Below, in pieces: positions 30,322 to 41,452 of a stretch of DNA of 64,000 bases. A program made the translations under genes and the position numbers. This DNA is from Candidatus Latescibacterota bacterium (GTDB lineage Bacteria; Latescibacterota; UBA2968; UBA8231), in assembly GCA_965206595.1 (NCBI GenBank), contig OZ242214.1, forward strand, positions 384,001-448,000, given 5' to 3'. The notes under the pieces are model-generated. The model saw only the letters and a list, made by a program, of their open reading frames with translations, did not search any database and was not told the DNA's origin. The stretch's first letter is position 1. Every line of letters begins with the position of its first letter.

Positions 30322-31131
30322 TTACCGGGGGGAGACGGCGCTGCAGGTGAAGCCGCCGTCGACGACCAGCTGGGTGCCGGTGACGTACTTCGCCTCGTCC
30401 GAGACGAGGAAGAGGGCGGCGTAGGCGACGTCCCAGGCGTCTCCCTGCCGGCCCATCGGCACCTGCGCGTCCCTGATGGCGATCATCTTCTCGACGTCCC
30501 CGCCCGAGTACGCCTCGGCCACCGACTTGCGCGCCATCGGCGTGTCCATCAGGCCGGGGAGGATGCTGTTGCAGCGGATGTTGCGCGCCGCGTACTGCAG
30601 GGCGACCGACTGGCTGAACTGGATCACCGCGGCCTTGGTGGCGCTGTAGGAAATGTAGGGGACGCCGAGCCAGCGGATGCCGGAGATCGAGGCGACGTTG
30701 AGGATGGCGCCGCCTCCCTGGCGCTCCATGTGCGGCAGCACGCTCCTGCAGGTGAGGAAGACGGACTTGAGGTTGACGTCGCAGACCAGGTCCCAGTCCT
30801 CCTCGCTGCTTTCCACCGGGCCGCCGAGCCGCAGGATGCCGACGTTGTTGTGAAGGATGTCGACGCGCCCGTAGAGCTCGAGGCAGCGGGCGACCATGGC
30901 CTCGACCTCGTCCGCCTTCGACACGTCGCACCCGGCGACGCGGCATTCCCCTCCTTCGGCGGCGATGATGCCCGCGGTTTCCGCGGCGGCCTCCGGCTCG
31001 ACGTCGACGGCGAGCACCCTGGCCCCCTCGCGCGCGAACAGCACCGCGACGGCCTTGCCGTTGCCCCATCCGGGCCCGATGGAACCGGCGCCGCAGACGA
31101 TGGCCACCTTGTCTTTCAGTCTGTCCCCCAT
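30322..31131 (-). CDS. SDR family oxidoreductase
   Basis: GAGSIGPGWGNG, NNVG, YSATK, VDGG. Confidence 0.93.
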   Translation of the reverse strand: MGDRLKDKVAIVCGAGSIGPGWGNGKAVAVLFAREGARVLAVDVEPEAAAETAGIIAAEGGECRVAGCDVSKADEVEAMVARCLELYGRVDILHNNVGILRLGGPVESSEEDWDLVCDVNLKSVFLTCRSVLPHMERQGGGAILNVASISGIRWLGVPYISYSATKAAVIQFSQSVALQYAARNIRCNSILPGLMDTPMARKSVAEAYSGGDVEKMIAIRDAQVPMGRQGDAWDVAYAALFLVSDEAKYVTGTQLVVDGGFTCSAVSPR

Positions 31132-31220
31132 GGAAGCCCTCCGTTTTTCCCCTTCCGGTGCCGGCTTACTATATGTGCAACCAGAACGCAGTCAATCGAC
31201 GATTCAGCAGGGAGGACGGC

Positions 31221-32270
31221 ATGTTCCCAACCACCGTAATCGGCAGCCTTCCCAGACCGGAATGGGTGCGGCAGCTCATTCTCGAAAGAAAGGCGGGAGC
31301 CCTGTCGGAGGCCGATGCCGACCGCATACTCGACGGCGCCATCGAATCGGCGATCCTGCTGCAGGAGCGGGCAGGCCTCGAGGAGATAACCGACGGCGAA
31401 TGGCGGCGCGAGAGCTACGTCAAGGTGTTCGCCGAGCGCGTGCGCGGCTTCCGGCCGGACCTCACCGTCAGCGGCCTTCCGTACCCCGCCGTGGTCGAGC
31501 CGGTCGAGTACTACCGCCCGATCGCCGCCGAGGAGATCCGCTTTCTCAGGAGCCGCACCGGCCGGCGCGTCAAGGCGACGCTGCCGGGGCCGTACACGAT
31601 CGGCCGCCGCATGTGGCACGAGGAGCACTCGCGCGAAGCCTACCCGCAGCCCCCCGACCTCATGCGCGCCTGCGTCCCGATCCTGCGGCAGGAGATCGAG
31701 CTCCTGAAGGAGGCGGGGGCAGACACCGTGCAGCTCGACGAGCCCTGGCTCTGCGTCCTCGTCGACCCGGAGCGGCGGCAGCAGGACGGCATCGACGACA
31801 TGGAGGCGGAGATCGAGCTCTGCGTCGAGGTCGTCAACGCCACCCTCGAAGGGGTGACGGGCATAACCACCGGCCTGCACCTGTGCCACGCCCACTTCGA
31901 CCACCGGCACGGCAGCGAGGGGGCCCTCGACCCGGTCATGTCCGGGCTCGCCCGCATCGCCGTGGACGTCGTCTCGCTCGAGCTGGCCACCCCGGTCTCG
32001 GGTGGGCTGGAGTGCCTGGCATCGTTCTCGAAGGAGGCCCGGCTCGGGCTCGGGTGCATCGACCACTGCGACCGCGAGATCGAGACCCCGGAGCGGGTGG
32101 CGTCGCGGGTCGAGGAGGCGATGAAGTACGTCGACAAGGAGCGCATCGTCCTGCATCCGGACTGCGGCTTCTCGCCGTCGGTGCAGAACCCGATGGACCT
32201 GGACGAGGCCTACCTGAAGCTGACGGCCATGTGCCGGGGGGCGGAGCTGCTGCGCTCGCGCCACGGGTAG
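31221..32270 (+). CDS. Cobalamin-independent methionine synthase II family protein
   Basis: TTVIGSLPRP, TDGEWRR, QLDEP, HLC, HPDCG. Confidence 0.88.
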   Translation: MFPTTVIGSLPRPEWVRQLILERKAGALSEADADRILDGAIESAILLQERAGLEEITDGEWRRESYVKVFAERVRGFRPDLTVSGLPYPAVVEPVEYYRPIAAEEIRFLRSRTGRRVKATLPGPYTIGRRMWHEEHSREAYPQPPDLMRACVPILRQEIELLKEAGADTVQLDEPWLCVLVDPERRQQDGIDDMEAEIELCVEVVNATLEGVTGITTGLHLCHAHFDHRHGSEGALDPVMSGLARIAVDVVSLELATPVSGGLECLASFSKEARLGLGCIDHCDREIETPERVASRVEEAMKYVDKERIVLHPDCGFSPSVQNPMDLDEAYLKLTAMCRGAELLRSRHG

Positions 32271-32296
32271 GGGCCGGCGCGGGCCCCGGCAGCGGT

Positions 32297-33029
32297 TCAA
32301 CCCCGGCTCGCCGGCACTCCCAGAACCCGCAGGATTTCCCCGGCCGTCCAGACTCCGGATCTCGACGGCGAGCCCCGGATCCGGACAGTCGCGCCGGTAG
32401 CGGTTGAGCCATCCCGCGGCCATCCCGCTCCCCAGGACGCCGAGGACGTCGTTCTCCCAGGAATCCCCGACCATCGTCACCCGTTCCGGGGCCACGCCCA
32501 GCCCGGAGAGGGCGTGCCGGAAGATCGCCGGGTCCGGCTTGGCCGCTCCCACCTCCTCCGAAATCGCCAGGGTGTCGAGGTCGTCGGGGCGGATGTCGCA
32601 GAACCCGAGCTTGTCCCGCTGCCGCGCCGACGGGCCGTTGGTGACCACGCCGATCCTCACCCGTCCCCGCAGGGCCTCGAGCAGCTCCGGGACCCCCGGC
32701 ACCAGGCGCGGGTTCGACAGTTGCTCGCGCGCGTACGCCGCCGCCGCCTCGGCAATCGTCGCTTCGTCCGCCTGCACCCCGTAGCGGCCGCAGATGCCGC
32801 GCATGCGTTCGAGGCGGGCTTCGTCGTCCGACAGGCTGCCGTCGAGGGTGCGCAGATAGTTGGCGTGAAGCTGCTCGTCGTGGACGAGCTCCAGCTCCTC
32901 GAGCGGCACCGGCGCCAGCCCCGGCAGCAGCTCCTGGACCGCGCGCAGCCCGTGCCGGCGCGAGTACTGGAAATCGATCAGCGTGTCGTCGAGATCGAAG
33001 AGGACGGCCTGGACGGCCGGAGAGCTCAT
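32297..33029 (-). CDS. HAD family hydrolase (+1 G near 32340 removes the natural stop)
   Basis: FDLDDTL, VTNG, KPDP, GDSWEND; deleting one G gives ...REILRVLGVPASRG*. Confidence 0.82.
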
Positions 33030-33292
33030 GGGCCGTTCGCTCCCAACGCCGTCCTGCCGGTCCGGTGTGGGAAGGGGTGCCCGAAGGTCAGCGGATTCTG
33101 CTGGAACTCGCCCCGTCCCGAATCTCCGGCCAGCGCCTCCGAACCCCCGGAAAGCCCGGGCTCGCGGTTGCGAATCAGCCCGGAGTGGCGGTCGACCGCC
33201 TCGTTGGCGCGCTGCAGCTGGCCGCCGGCGAGCACCCTCTCGAGGACGACGTATCCCCACAGGTCGAAGAGAAACGCCTCTTTTTCCGTCAT
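33026..33292 (-). pseudogene. Truncated phytanoyl-CoA dioxygenase-family N-terminus
   Basis: MTEKEAFLFDLWGYVVLERVL is a typical PhyH-family start; ends after ~88 aa without the HxD...H triad. Confidence 0.55.
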
Positions 33293-33441
33293 CCTTGCAC
33301 CGGACCGGTTTTCAGGTTGGCCGTGGCCGGGGGCCTGCGGCGAAGCAGCATCCCCCTGTTTTTTCAATCTCATTTTATCAATCCTCGGGGGGCCGGTTCC
33401 TTTCCCTTCGCCCGTTCCCTCTACACCCACGGCTTCCCCGC

Positions 33442-34155
33442 TCAGCCGAAGAAATCCTCCCGGTGCGCCCGCAGGTCGATCTCGAAGGCCCAGGCGCCGG
33501 GCTTCTGGTTCGCCAGGTTCCAGTAGGTTTCGGCCACCGCGTCGGTGTCCATCACCGGCTCGTCCGCGTCGACGCCGGCCTCGCGCAGCTGCGGGGTGTC
33601 GAGCAGGCCGTCGATGATCACGTGGGCGACGTGCACCCCCTGCGGCCAGAGCTCGCGCGCCAGCGACCAGGCGAGCCCGCGCACCGCGAACTTGGCGCTG
33701 CTGAAGGCAAGGGCGCCCGCGCGGCCGCGGATGCTCGAGGTCGCCCCGGTGAACAGGATCGCCCCGGAACCCCTCGCCGCCATCGGGCCTGCCGCCTCCT
33801 TGCTGCACAGGAAGGAGCCGAGGGCGCAGACCCGCCAGGAGCGCTCGAACTCCGCCGCGGTCAGCCTGTCGAAATCCCCCCAGGCGGCGTTGCCGGCGTG
33901 GTTGATCAGCACGTCGACCTCTCCCAGCTCTTCGCGCACCCTGGCGAAGGCGTCGCCGACCTGCGCCGGGTCGGTGACGTCCGCGGCGATGGCCAGCGAG
34001 TCCCTGCCCGCTTCGCGCAGTTGCTGCGCCAGGCTGTTGATGAAACCGGACGACCGCGCCAGCAGCGCGGTGTCGTACCCCTCGTCGGCGAACCTGACCG
34101 CCAGAGACGCTCCCAGACCGGAGCCGACGCCGGAGATTACCGCTGTCTTTGCCAT
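33442..34155 (-). CDS. SDR family oxidoreductase
   Basis: ISGVGSGLG, FTGATSS.RG, FSSAK, HVAHVIIDG. Confidence 0.9.
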   Translation of the reverse strand: MAKTAVISGVGSGLGASLAVRFADEGYDTALLARSSGFINSLAQQLREAGRDSLAIAADVTDPAQVGDAFARVREELGEVDVLINHAGNAAWGDFDRLTAAEFERSWRVCALGSFLCSKEAAGPMAARGSGAILFTGATSSIRGRAGALAFSSAKFAVRGLAWSLARELWPQGVHVAHVIIDGLLDTPQLREAGVDADEPVMDTDAVAETYWNLANQKPGAWAFEIDLRAHREDFFG

Positions 34156-34313
34156 GTCGTCCTTTCCGTGAACTCCGTTGCAGATCATCCGGGCGGCCGC
34201 CCCGGCGTCCAGGATGTACCGCCTGCAGGAGCGGCTTCCAGGCTTCCCTGTCCTTGGAACGGTGCCGGGCGGTTGCGTAGCATAGGTGGAAAGCTGAACG
34301 GGGAGCAACCGGA

Positions 34314-35769
34314 TTGCAGGATGACAGGCTGGCGATAGGGATCGACGCCGGGACCGGAGGCGTGCGCGCCCTCGCGGTCTTGGCGTCGGGGGAGGTCGCC
34401 GCGGCCGCGAAGCAACCTTTCCCGCCGCTGCGCAGGGGGCTGCCCCGAGGCTGGCACGAGCAGGACCCGGAGTCCTGGTGGAAGGCTGCGCAGGCATGCC
34501 TCGCCGAGGTCGCCGGGCTGCTCGGAAAGCGGGCGGAGGCAATCGCGGTCCTGGCGGTCGACGGCACCTCGGGAACACTCGTCTGCCTGAACGGCGCCGG
34601 TGAAGCGGTGCGTCCCGCGCTGATGTACAACGACGCCCGCGCCGGCGCCGAGGCGGAGGAGCTGTGCGCGCTCGCGGCCGACCACTGCCGCCGCCACGGG
34701 TACCGCTTCTCCTCATCCTTTGCCGCGGCCCGGATCCTCTGGCTGCTGCGTCACGAGCCGGAAACGGTCGCGGCGACGCGCTGGTTCTGTCACCAGGCCG
34801 ACTACATCGCCGCGCGCCTGTGCGGCCGCTGCGGAGTCAGCGACTACAGCAACGCCCTGAAGACGGGGTACGATCTCTTCGAAGAGCGCTGGCCGGACTG
34901 GGTCGACGCCTGTGGCGGGATGCGGGAGAGGCTGCCGGAGGTGGTGGCTCCGACAGCCCGCCTCGGCGAGCTGTCGCCCGCGGCCGCTGCCGCCACCGGG
35001 CTGCCGGCAGCGGCCGAGGTAGTCGCCGGGGCCACCGACGGCACCGCGGCATTCATCGCCTCAGGGGCCCACCTTCCGGGGGATGACAACACCACTCGGG
35101 ACGACCTTGGTCTTCAAGCGCCTCGCTTCCCGCCCCGCGGCCTCCCCGGACGGATTGGTGTACAGTCACAAGCTGCCGGGCGGGTACTGGCTGCCCGGCG
35201 CCGCCAGCAATACCGGGGGGGAGTGGATCGGGGTCCAGTTCCCGCGGCAGGATCCGGCTGCGCTCGACCGGCAGGCGGCGTCCCTGCTTCCGAGCCATCT
35301 CGTCGCATACCCCCTGGCGCGCACCGGGGAGCGGTTCCCGTTCGCCTGTGCCGGGGCCGAGGGGTTCTGCGATCCCGAGCCGGCCTCCTCCCTGGAGCGG
35401 TACGCCGCCAACCTGCAGGGAGCGGCCTTCACCGAGCGCCTGGCGTACGAGGTGCTCGACGCCGCGGCCAGGGCCGGCGACGGCTCCGTGTACGCGACCG
35501 GGGCCGCGGCGCGGAGCGACGTCTGGCTGCAGCTGCGCGCCGACGCCACCGGCCGCAGCGTTCACCGGCCGGTCTGTCCGGAGTCCGCCTTCGGCAGCGC
35601 GGTCCTGGCCGCGGCGGCAATGCTAGGGGGCCTGTGGCCGGCAGCCCGGGCCATGGTGCGGACCGAGCGCACCTTCGTCCCGGACAGGGGCCGCGGCGCA
35701 GCATTGGACGAGGGCTACGCCGCCTTCAGGGAAGCGCTGGAAGAACGGGGATACCTGGAATCTGGGTGA
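34314..35769 (+). CDS. FGGY family carbohydrate kinase, -1 frameshift near 35095
   Basis: GIDAGTGG, DGTSGT, MYND.R, GATDG; the second ORF continues LGTTLV...ESAFG. Confidence 0.85.
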
Positions 35770-36141
35770 AGGTCGAACCGGGCCGCGGCCACAGTGGACC
35801 CCTTCGCCGGGAGCGACATGGTCTGGTTCCTGGGCGCGCAGGTCCGAGGAAACCAGCGACCTGGTGCCCGTGCGTGTTAAGCGTACGAAGGAGGTGCCGA
35901 AGCTCCCGGCTCGCAAAGCGCCCGAGCGAGTCGTACCGGGGGTGTACGGCGAGCGAAGGCAACGCGGGGAGCCGGGATTGAGGGGAAAAATCGCACAGAT
36001 GAAGGGGTTTGGATTGAAACCGCGATTTTTCCCCTCAAGATGCAGCGGCGGCCGAATCACGCGGAATAGTGGGCGCAGGCACTCGTTCAGACGGAGTTGC
36101 GCGCGAGGAAGCCGTCAACCCTACATCGGAGCAACGTGGAA

Positions 36142-36819
36142 ATGAGCGCCATACTCGAAGAGCTGGTGAGAACCGCGCGGGGCCTGAGCGAAAGCGGCCT
36201 CGTCACCGGGGCCGGCGGCAACGTCAGCGCCCGCGAGGGGGGCGGCATGTGGATCTCGCCGAGCGGGTTTTCCCTCGGCGAGGCCGCCGCGGCCGACTAT
36301 CCCTGCGTCGACATCGACACCGGGGAGATCGTCAGTCCCGGCAGACGCCCTTCGTCGGAGGTGCTGATGCACCTCGGGATCTACCGCGCGCGCCCCGAGC
36401 TGGAGGCCGTCATCCACACCCATCCGCGCACCGCCATCGCCCTGACCGCGGCCGGCCACGACCTGCAGCCGATGTTCGCCGACTACTACGTGTACCTCGG
36501 GCCCAAGGTGCCGCATATCGACTACGTAACCGTTACCACGCCGGAGCTGGCGGCCGCGGTCACCGCCGGGTTCGCCGACCCGGGCGTGGTCGGCATGGTG
36601 CTGCGCAACCACGGCAGCATCACCGTGGGCGCCTCGATCAAGGAGGCGCTCTACCGCAGCCTTGCCATCGAGGAACAGGCGGATATCCAGTGGCGGGCCC
36701 TGCAGGTCGGCACCCCCACCATCCTGTCGGACGAGGAGTGCGCCAGGATGGACGAGCTCGGCAGCGAGGAGTACCGCCGCAGGCTGCTGGCGGAGATGAA
36801 GACTCGGCAGGACGGCTGA
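36142..36819 (+). CDS. Class II aldolase/adducin family protein
   Basis: GGNVS, PSSE..MH, HTH, LRNHG. Confidence 0.92.
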   Translation: MSAILEELVRTARGLSESGLVTGAGGNVSAREGGGMWISPSGFSLGEAAAADYPCVDIDTGEIVSPGRRPSSEVLMHLGIYRARPELEAVIHTHPRTAIALTAAGHDLQPMFADYYVYLGPKVPHIDYVTVTTPELAAAVTAGFADPGVVGMVLRNHGSITVGASIKEALYRSLAIEEQADIQWRALQVGTPTILSDEECARMDELGSEEYRRRLLAEMKTRQDG

Positions 36820-36840
36820 AAACCGCGAGCGTTTTCTACC

Positions 36841-39200
36841 TTACCGCAGCAGGGTGAGCTTGCGCGTCTGGACGTTCTCGGAGGTAATCAAGCGGTACAG
36901 GTACACTCCGCTGGCCAAGGGGTGGCCCCGGTCGTCGCGACCGTTCCAGTGAACGCGATGGACACCCGCCTTCTTCGGCCCCTGGTGCAGGATCGCCACC
37001 CGCTGCCCGGTCAGGGAGAACACCTCCACTCGGGCCGCACCGGGGCGCAGCAGGAACCAGGAGATGACGGTTTTGCTGTTGAAGGGGTTGGGAGCGTTCT
37101 GCTGCAGCTGCGGACCGTCCGGAAGGCCGATCATCTCCCGGGCCAGGGCAAGGAGCTTGCCGCGGGCCGGATCCCGGAAGTGGTCGGCGAAGAGGAAGAA
37201 ATCCCCGAAATCAACTGAACCGCTGCCGTCGAGGTCGAAGCGGGGGTCGCTGCCGCCGAAGGCGTCGGCGAAGAGGAAGAAGTCGGAGAAGCCGGTCTCG
37301 CCGTCGCCGTCGAAGTCGGGTGTGGCTTCCGCGGTGCCGGTGAAGGTGACCGGGTCGAGGCCGGCCGCGGATACGGTGACGGTGTTCGTTCCCGGTTGGC
37401 TGCCCAAAGTCAGGGTGGTGGCGGCTTGGCCGTTGGCATCTGTAGTTGCGGTGGTTGCGGAGAGCATCCCGCCGCCGGCGGTGACGGAAAAGGTGGCTTC
37501 GGCCCCGGGAAACGGGTCCCCGTTCTGATCGACCACCGAAACCACCAACGGCTGGGGCAGCGAAGCCCCGGGCGCTGCCTGCTGCTCATCGCCGGAGAGC
37601 TTGGCAAGGCTTTGGGGAATCGCCTGCCCGGTGGCGATGAAGGCCGCCGGTTTCAGCTTGGCGACCCTTACCGAGACGGTGTTTGTCCCCGGCTCGCTTC
37701 CCAGGGTCAGGGTGCTGGATGCGCGTCCGTTGGCATCGGTTGTGTCGGTCGCTGTGGAGAGGGTTCCACCGCCGGCGGTGACCGTGAAGGTCACTTGGGC
37801 GCCTTCGAACGGATTGTTGATTTGATCTCGGACTACAACAACCAACGGCGCGGACAGGGCAGCTCCGGCCGGTCCCTCCTGTTTATCGCCGGAGAGCTTG
37901 GTCAGGCTTGTTGGAACCGCCTGAGCAGTGGCGCCGAAGATTACCGGTTTCAGCTCGGCGACCCTCACCGCAACTGTATTCCTTCCGGGATCACTGCCGA
38001 GGGTCAGTGTGGTGGCGGCGAGGCCGTTTTCATCGGTGGTGGCGGTGGTTGCCGAGAGCGTCCCCCCGCCCGCGGTGACCGCAAAGGTAACGGTGGCCCC
38101 GGGAAGGGGGTCCCCGTTCTGGTCCAGTACGGAAACTTCAAACGGCCGGGCCAACGTCGAGTCGGGCAATCCCTGCTGTTTGTCGCCGGAGATCTTGGTC
38201 AGGGTGCGGGGGTGGGGTAGAACAAGCTGCGTATCCCACAGCAGTACCGTGCCGTCCGGGGACCCGGAAGCGAAGAACCTTCCGTCCGACGAAAACTCCA
38301 CAACATCGACGGTACTCGCATGACCATACAGGGTGGATGCACGCGTTCCAGCCCCGATGTCCCAAAGTTCGACTGTTGGACGATTCCGGTTGTCAGAGGA
38401 TCCGAAAACGAGCATGCTTTCATCGGGTGACAATACCGCAGAGAAGATCGGGGGATTGTTAGCATTCTCGGAGAGTTTGGCAATCCTGGTGGCCGTTGCC
38501 AGATCCCACAACTCGGCTGTCCCATCCCAGATTCCCCCTATAGCAATGGGCGTCATTTCGGGCGAAAACGATATGGAGAGTATCCAATCGGTATCCAAAT
38601 TAAAGGTCGCGGTCCTGGTACCGGTCGCCACGTCCCAAAGCCTGATCTTCGGATCTGACGCCCCCGGGAAAATTATCGCGTCACCGGAAGCGAGAATTGT
38701 CCCATCAGGAGAAAACACCACGGATGGGGCATAGGTATGGCCCTCGAGAGTGGCCGTTCTGGCGCCCGTGGCCACGTCCCACAAACTGGCCGTTAGGTTG
38801 TAATGACCCGTAGCAATCGTCGTCCCATCGGGGGAAAGTGCTACAGAGCTCACACCGTTTCTGTGTCCATGCGTTTCCAGGGTGACGACACCGGCGCCGG
38901 TGGTCACGTCCCACAGCCTGACCGTGCCATCCGAAGATCCTGAAGCCAGGATGGTCCCATCGGGGGAAAATACCAGGCTGTTGATCCTGTGGGTATGCCC
39001 CTTCAATACGGCGGTATTGTTTCCCGTCGTCACGTCCCCCAGCCTGATCGTCCCAAAACCATATCCCGAAGCGAGGGTTGTCCCGTCGGGTGAGAGCGCC
39101 AGGGACCAGATCATCCCCGTATGCCCCTTCCCGACGATGCTGGCGTTGCCGGTGGCCACCTCCCACAGCTTGACGGTTCCATCCGCCGACCCGAATGCAA
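36841..39200 (-). pseudogene. 3' part (WD40 + 3x Big-1 + dockerin-like + FlgD-Ig tail) of a gene split by the island
   Basis: Reading frame begins mid-WD40 (LAFGSADGTVKLW) at ~39200; tail closely similar to that of 20176..23277. Confidence 0.8.
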
Positions 39201-39988
39201 GGGGAATTATATAGATAACTACGCAAGCGCAACTTTCGTAAACCCATCCGCGAATTTAAAGAAAATCTGGTATAATATAGTAGAGAAAATACCAGAGAGA
39301 AGGACATCCAGGTCCTCAAGTGTTTAGCCCGGAAACTCGGAAGCATGTCAGATTGACACCACGGGTTAAGCCGCTGGGGTGAGGAATCATTCCGTTTGGT
39401 TGACAAGTTCACAAAGCAAACTGAATCTAATTGCTGGGTCGGCGTGCGATACTGCCGGGAGGCAACTGGCAGCAGGTTGTCATCTTGCTGACCATTCGGA
39501 AGGATTCTCTGCTTCCCAGGTGCAGCCTGATCTTTATGCGCAAGACGGGTATTCTCCTTCGGAGAATACTGACGGGACGCAGGGGGCAGCGGTTGTCACC
39601 TTGCTGACTTTTCGGAAGGATTCGCCCTCCCTCCACCGATGATGAGTGAAGGGAGTCGGAGGGACCTCCGTCTCCACAAGATCCCGGTGCGTTAGCCGTT
39701 TCTTCATCATCCGCGCCGTCAAATACCTCATCTGCTCCTCGGAGTCCAGGTGGCGGATATTGTACCTGCCTGCGAACTCGTTGAGGTATCGGGGCAAATA
39801 CTTCGGAGATACGTGGCGATACCCGTGATAGGTTCCTTTCGCCAGAGCATTAAACGATTCCGCACGGTTCGTTCCGGGGCGGCTCTGACGTATTCACCTT
39901 TTTTGTGGTTTACGGATTCGTGCCTGCTGGCCCATCCGAAATCGGAATAGGAACTGAACTCGTCGCTGTATAGGATTCCATTCTTTTT

Positions 39989-41452
39989 GGCTATATCCGG
40001 GTTTTTCAAAGGACATTTTATAGCATGTACAGAGAGAGATATTGAGTGATTCACACGGTACGGAATCGGGCCGGAATCTGCGCAGGGATATCGAGGTCTC
40101 CGACGCACAGGTAAATGAGGTCGGCAAAGGCATCCAGAGATTTAAATCCACTGGCTCGATTCTTGACCATGCGGATGATTCGATTGAGCCCTTCGGCGGC
40201 GGCGTTGGTCAGGTGCGTGTCGACGAAGGCCGTGATGCCGGCCGCATGCTTGCGCACCGTGTTGACGAACCTGCGCAGGGGCTCCAGGCGGCTGCGCAGG
40301 GCCGCCGTCGTCCACTTCTTGAGGAAGCGTTCGGCGGCCCAGCGCGCCTTGTAGCGCCAGAAGTGCTCGAACTCGTCCTTCAGGCGCCAGGCGCGGTAGA
40401 TGCGGCGGTTGGCCTTCTCCAGGGTTTGGAGCGTGCGCCGGTCCTTTGGCGAGCGCCGGGCGGAGTGATGCAGCAGCACCCAGCGCAGGCCCTTGAGCAG
40501 CTTGCGGTCCTCGCCGCAGGCTTGCCGCCACTGTTCCTTGCGCACCTCGTCGACGGCTTCGTTGAGGGCCTTGACGACGTGGAATCGGTCCAGGACGAGC
40601 TGGGCGTTGGGGCCGTGCTGGCGGATGGCGCCGATGAAGGTCTCGCTCATATCGCAGCAGGCCCAGCGGATACGGGCCTTCCGGAAGGCGCTGAGATGGT
40701 CCCGGAAGAACGTATCGATCGTTTCGCGGGCCTTGCCCTTGCCGATCCAGACGACACAGGAGCGCTCCAGGTCGTAGACCAGGGTGGCGTATTTATGGCC
40801 CTTGGCGTAGGAGATCTCGTCGATGCCGAGGGTCGTCAGCGCGCGGATGCGATGGCCTGTACGCCGGCGCTCGATGAGCCGGTGCACCTGGTCGGACAGG
40901 GTCGAAGGAGCCAGGCCCAGCAAGCGCGCGGCGGTGACCTGCGGCATCCACTGGCAGTAGGTCAGCAGCAGGTATTCGAAGCGGTAGCTGACCCGGGCCG
41001 AGGGCGCTGCCCAGGGCACCTCCTCGACGTGCCGGCCGTGGGTCGGACAGCGGATCTCTCGAGGGCGGTGGTACAACCAGACGGTACGGCCGCAAATGCG
41101 GACGTCGCGCCAGCGGCGGGGCTCCATGACCTGTACGATCTTGCCCCGGCGCCCACACTCGGGACACCGGCACCCGTTCCTTTGGGGCTTCACCGCGACC
41201 ACGACGGCCGCTTCCTCCCCGTGTCCTTCGAACCACACGCCCACAGCGCCAAACCCCTTGAACTTGAACAGCTTGGAGACGAACTTCATAGCGGTCATAG
41301 GTCGCCTTCCCTTCCCTTTCCTGGGGAGTGCTTGATGGGGATACACCAAGCATAGGGAACGACCTATGGCCTTGTCATGTACTCAGATGAACAGCAAGGG
41401 CTCAGGTACTTTCCGTACTTACGTTTCGGCGTTGAAAAACCCGGATAGACCC
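39989..41452 (-). mobile_element. ISL3-family IS, apparently intact
   Basis: IRs GGCTATATCCGGGTTTTTCAA / TTGAAAAACCCGGATAGACCC; 8-bp TSD TTCTTTTT at 39981-39988 and 41453-41460. Confidence 0.95.
40051..41298 (-). CDS. ISL3 family transposase
   Basis: CPECG, GIDE, CDM, DRFHV, TNAAAEGLN motifs; start codon uncertain. Confidence 0.93.
   Translation of the reverse strand: MTAMKFVSKLFKFKGFGAVGVWFEGHGEEAAVVVAVKPQRNGCRCPECGRRGKIVQVMEPRRWRDVRICGRTVWLYHRPREIRCPTHGRHVEEVPWAAPSARVSYRFEYLLLTYCQWMPQVTAARLLGLAPSTLSDQVHRLIERRRTGHRIRALTTLGIDEISYAKGHKYATLVYDLERSCVVWIGKGKARETIDTFFRDHLSAFRKARIRWACCDMSETFIGAIRQHGPNAQLVLDRFHVVKALNEAVDEVRKEQWRQACGEDRKLLKGLRWVLLHHSARRSPKDRRTLQTLEKANRRIYRAWRLKDEFEHFWRYKARWAAERFLKKWTTAALRSRLEPLRRFVNTVRKHAAGITAFVDTHLTNAAAEGLNRIIRMVKNRASGFKSLDAFADLIYLCVGDLDIPAQIPARFRTV

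Noticed and set aside
31116-33260. 714-aa minus-strand ORF overlapping the methionine synthase II gene
   Set aside because: A HAD gene reading through after a 1-bp insertion; the rest is antisense shadow
37320-38200. Three ~290-bp tandem repeats
   Set aside because: Explained by three Big-1 domains in the coding sequence
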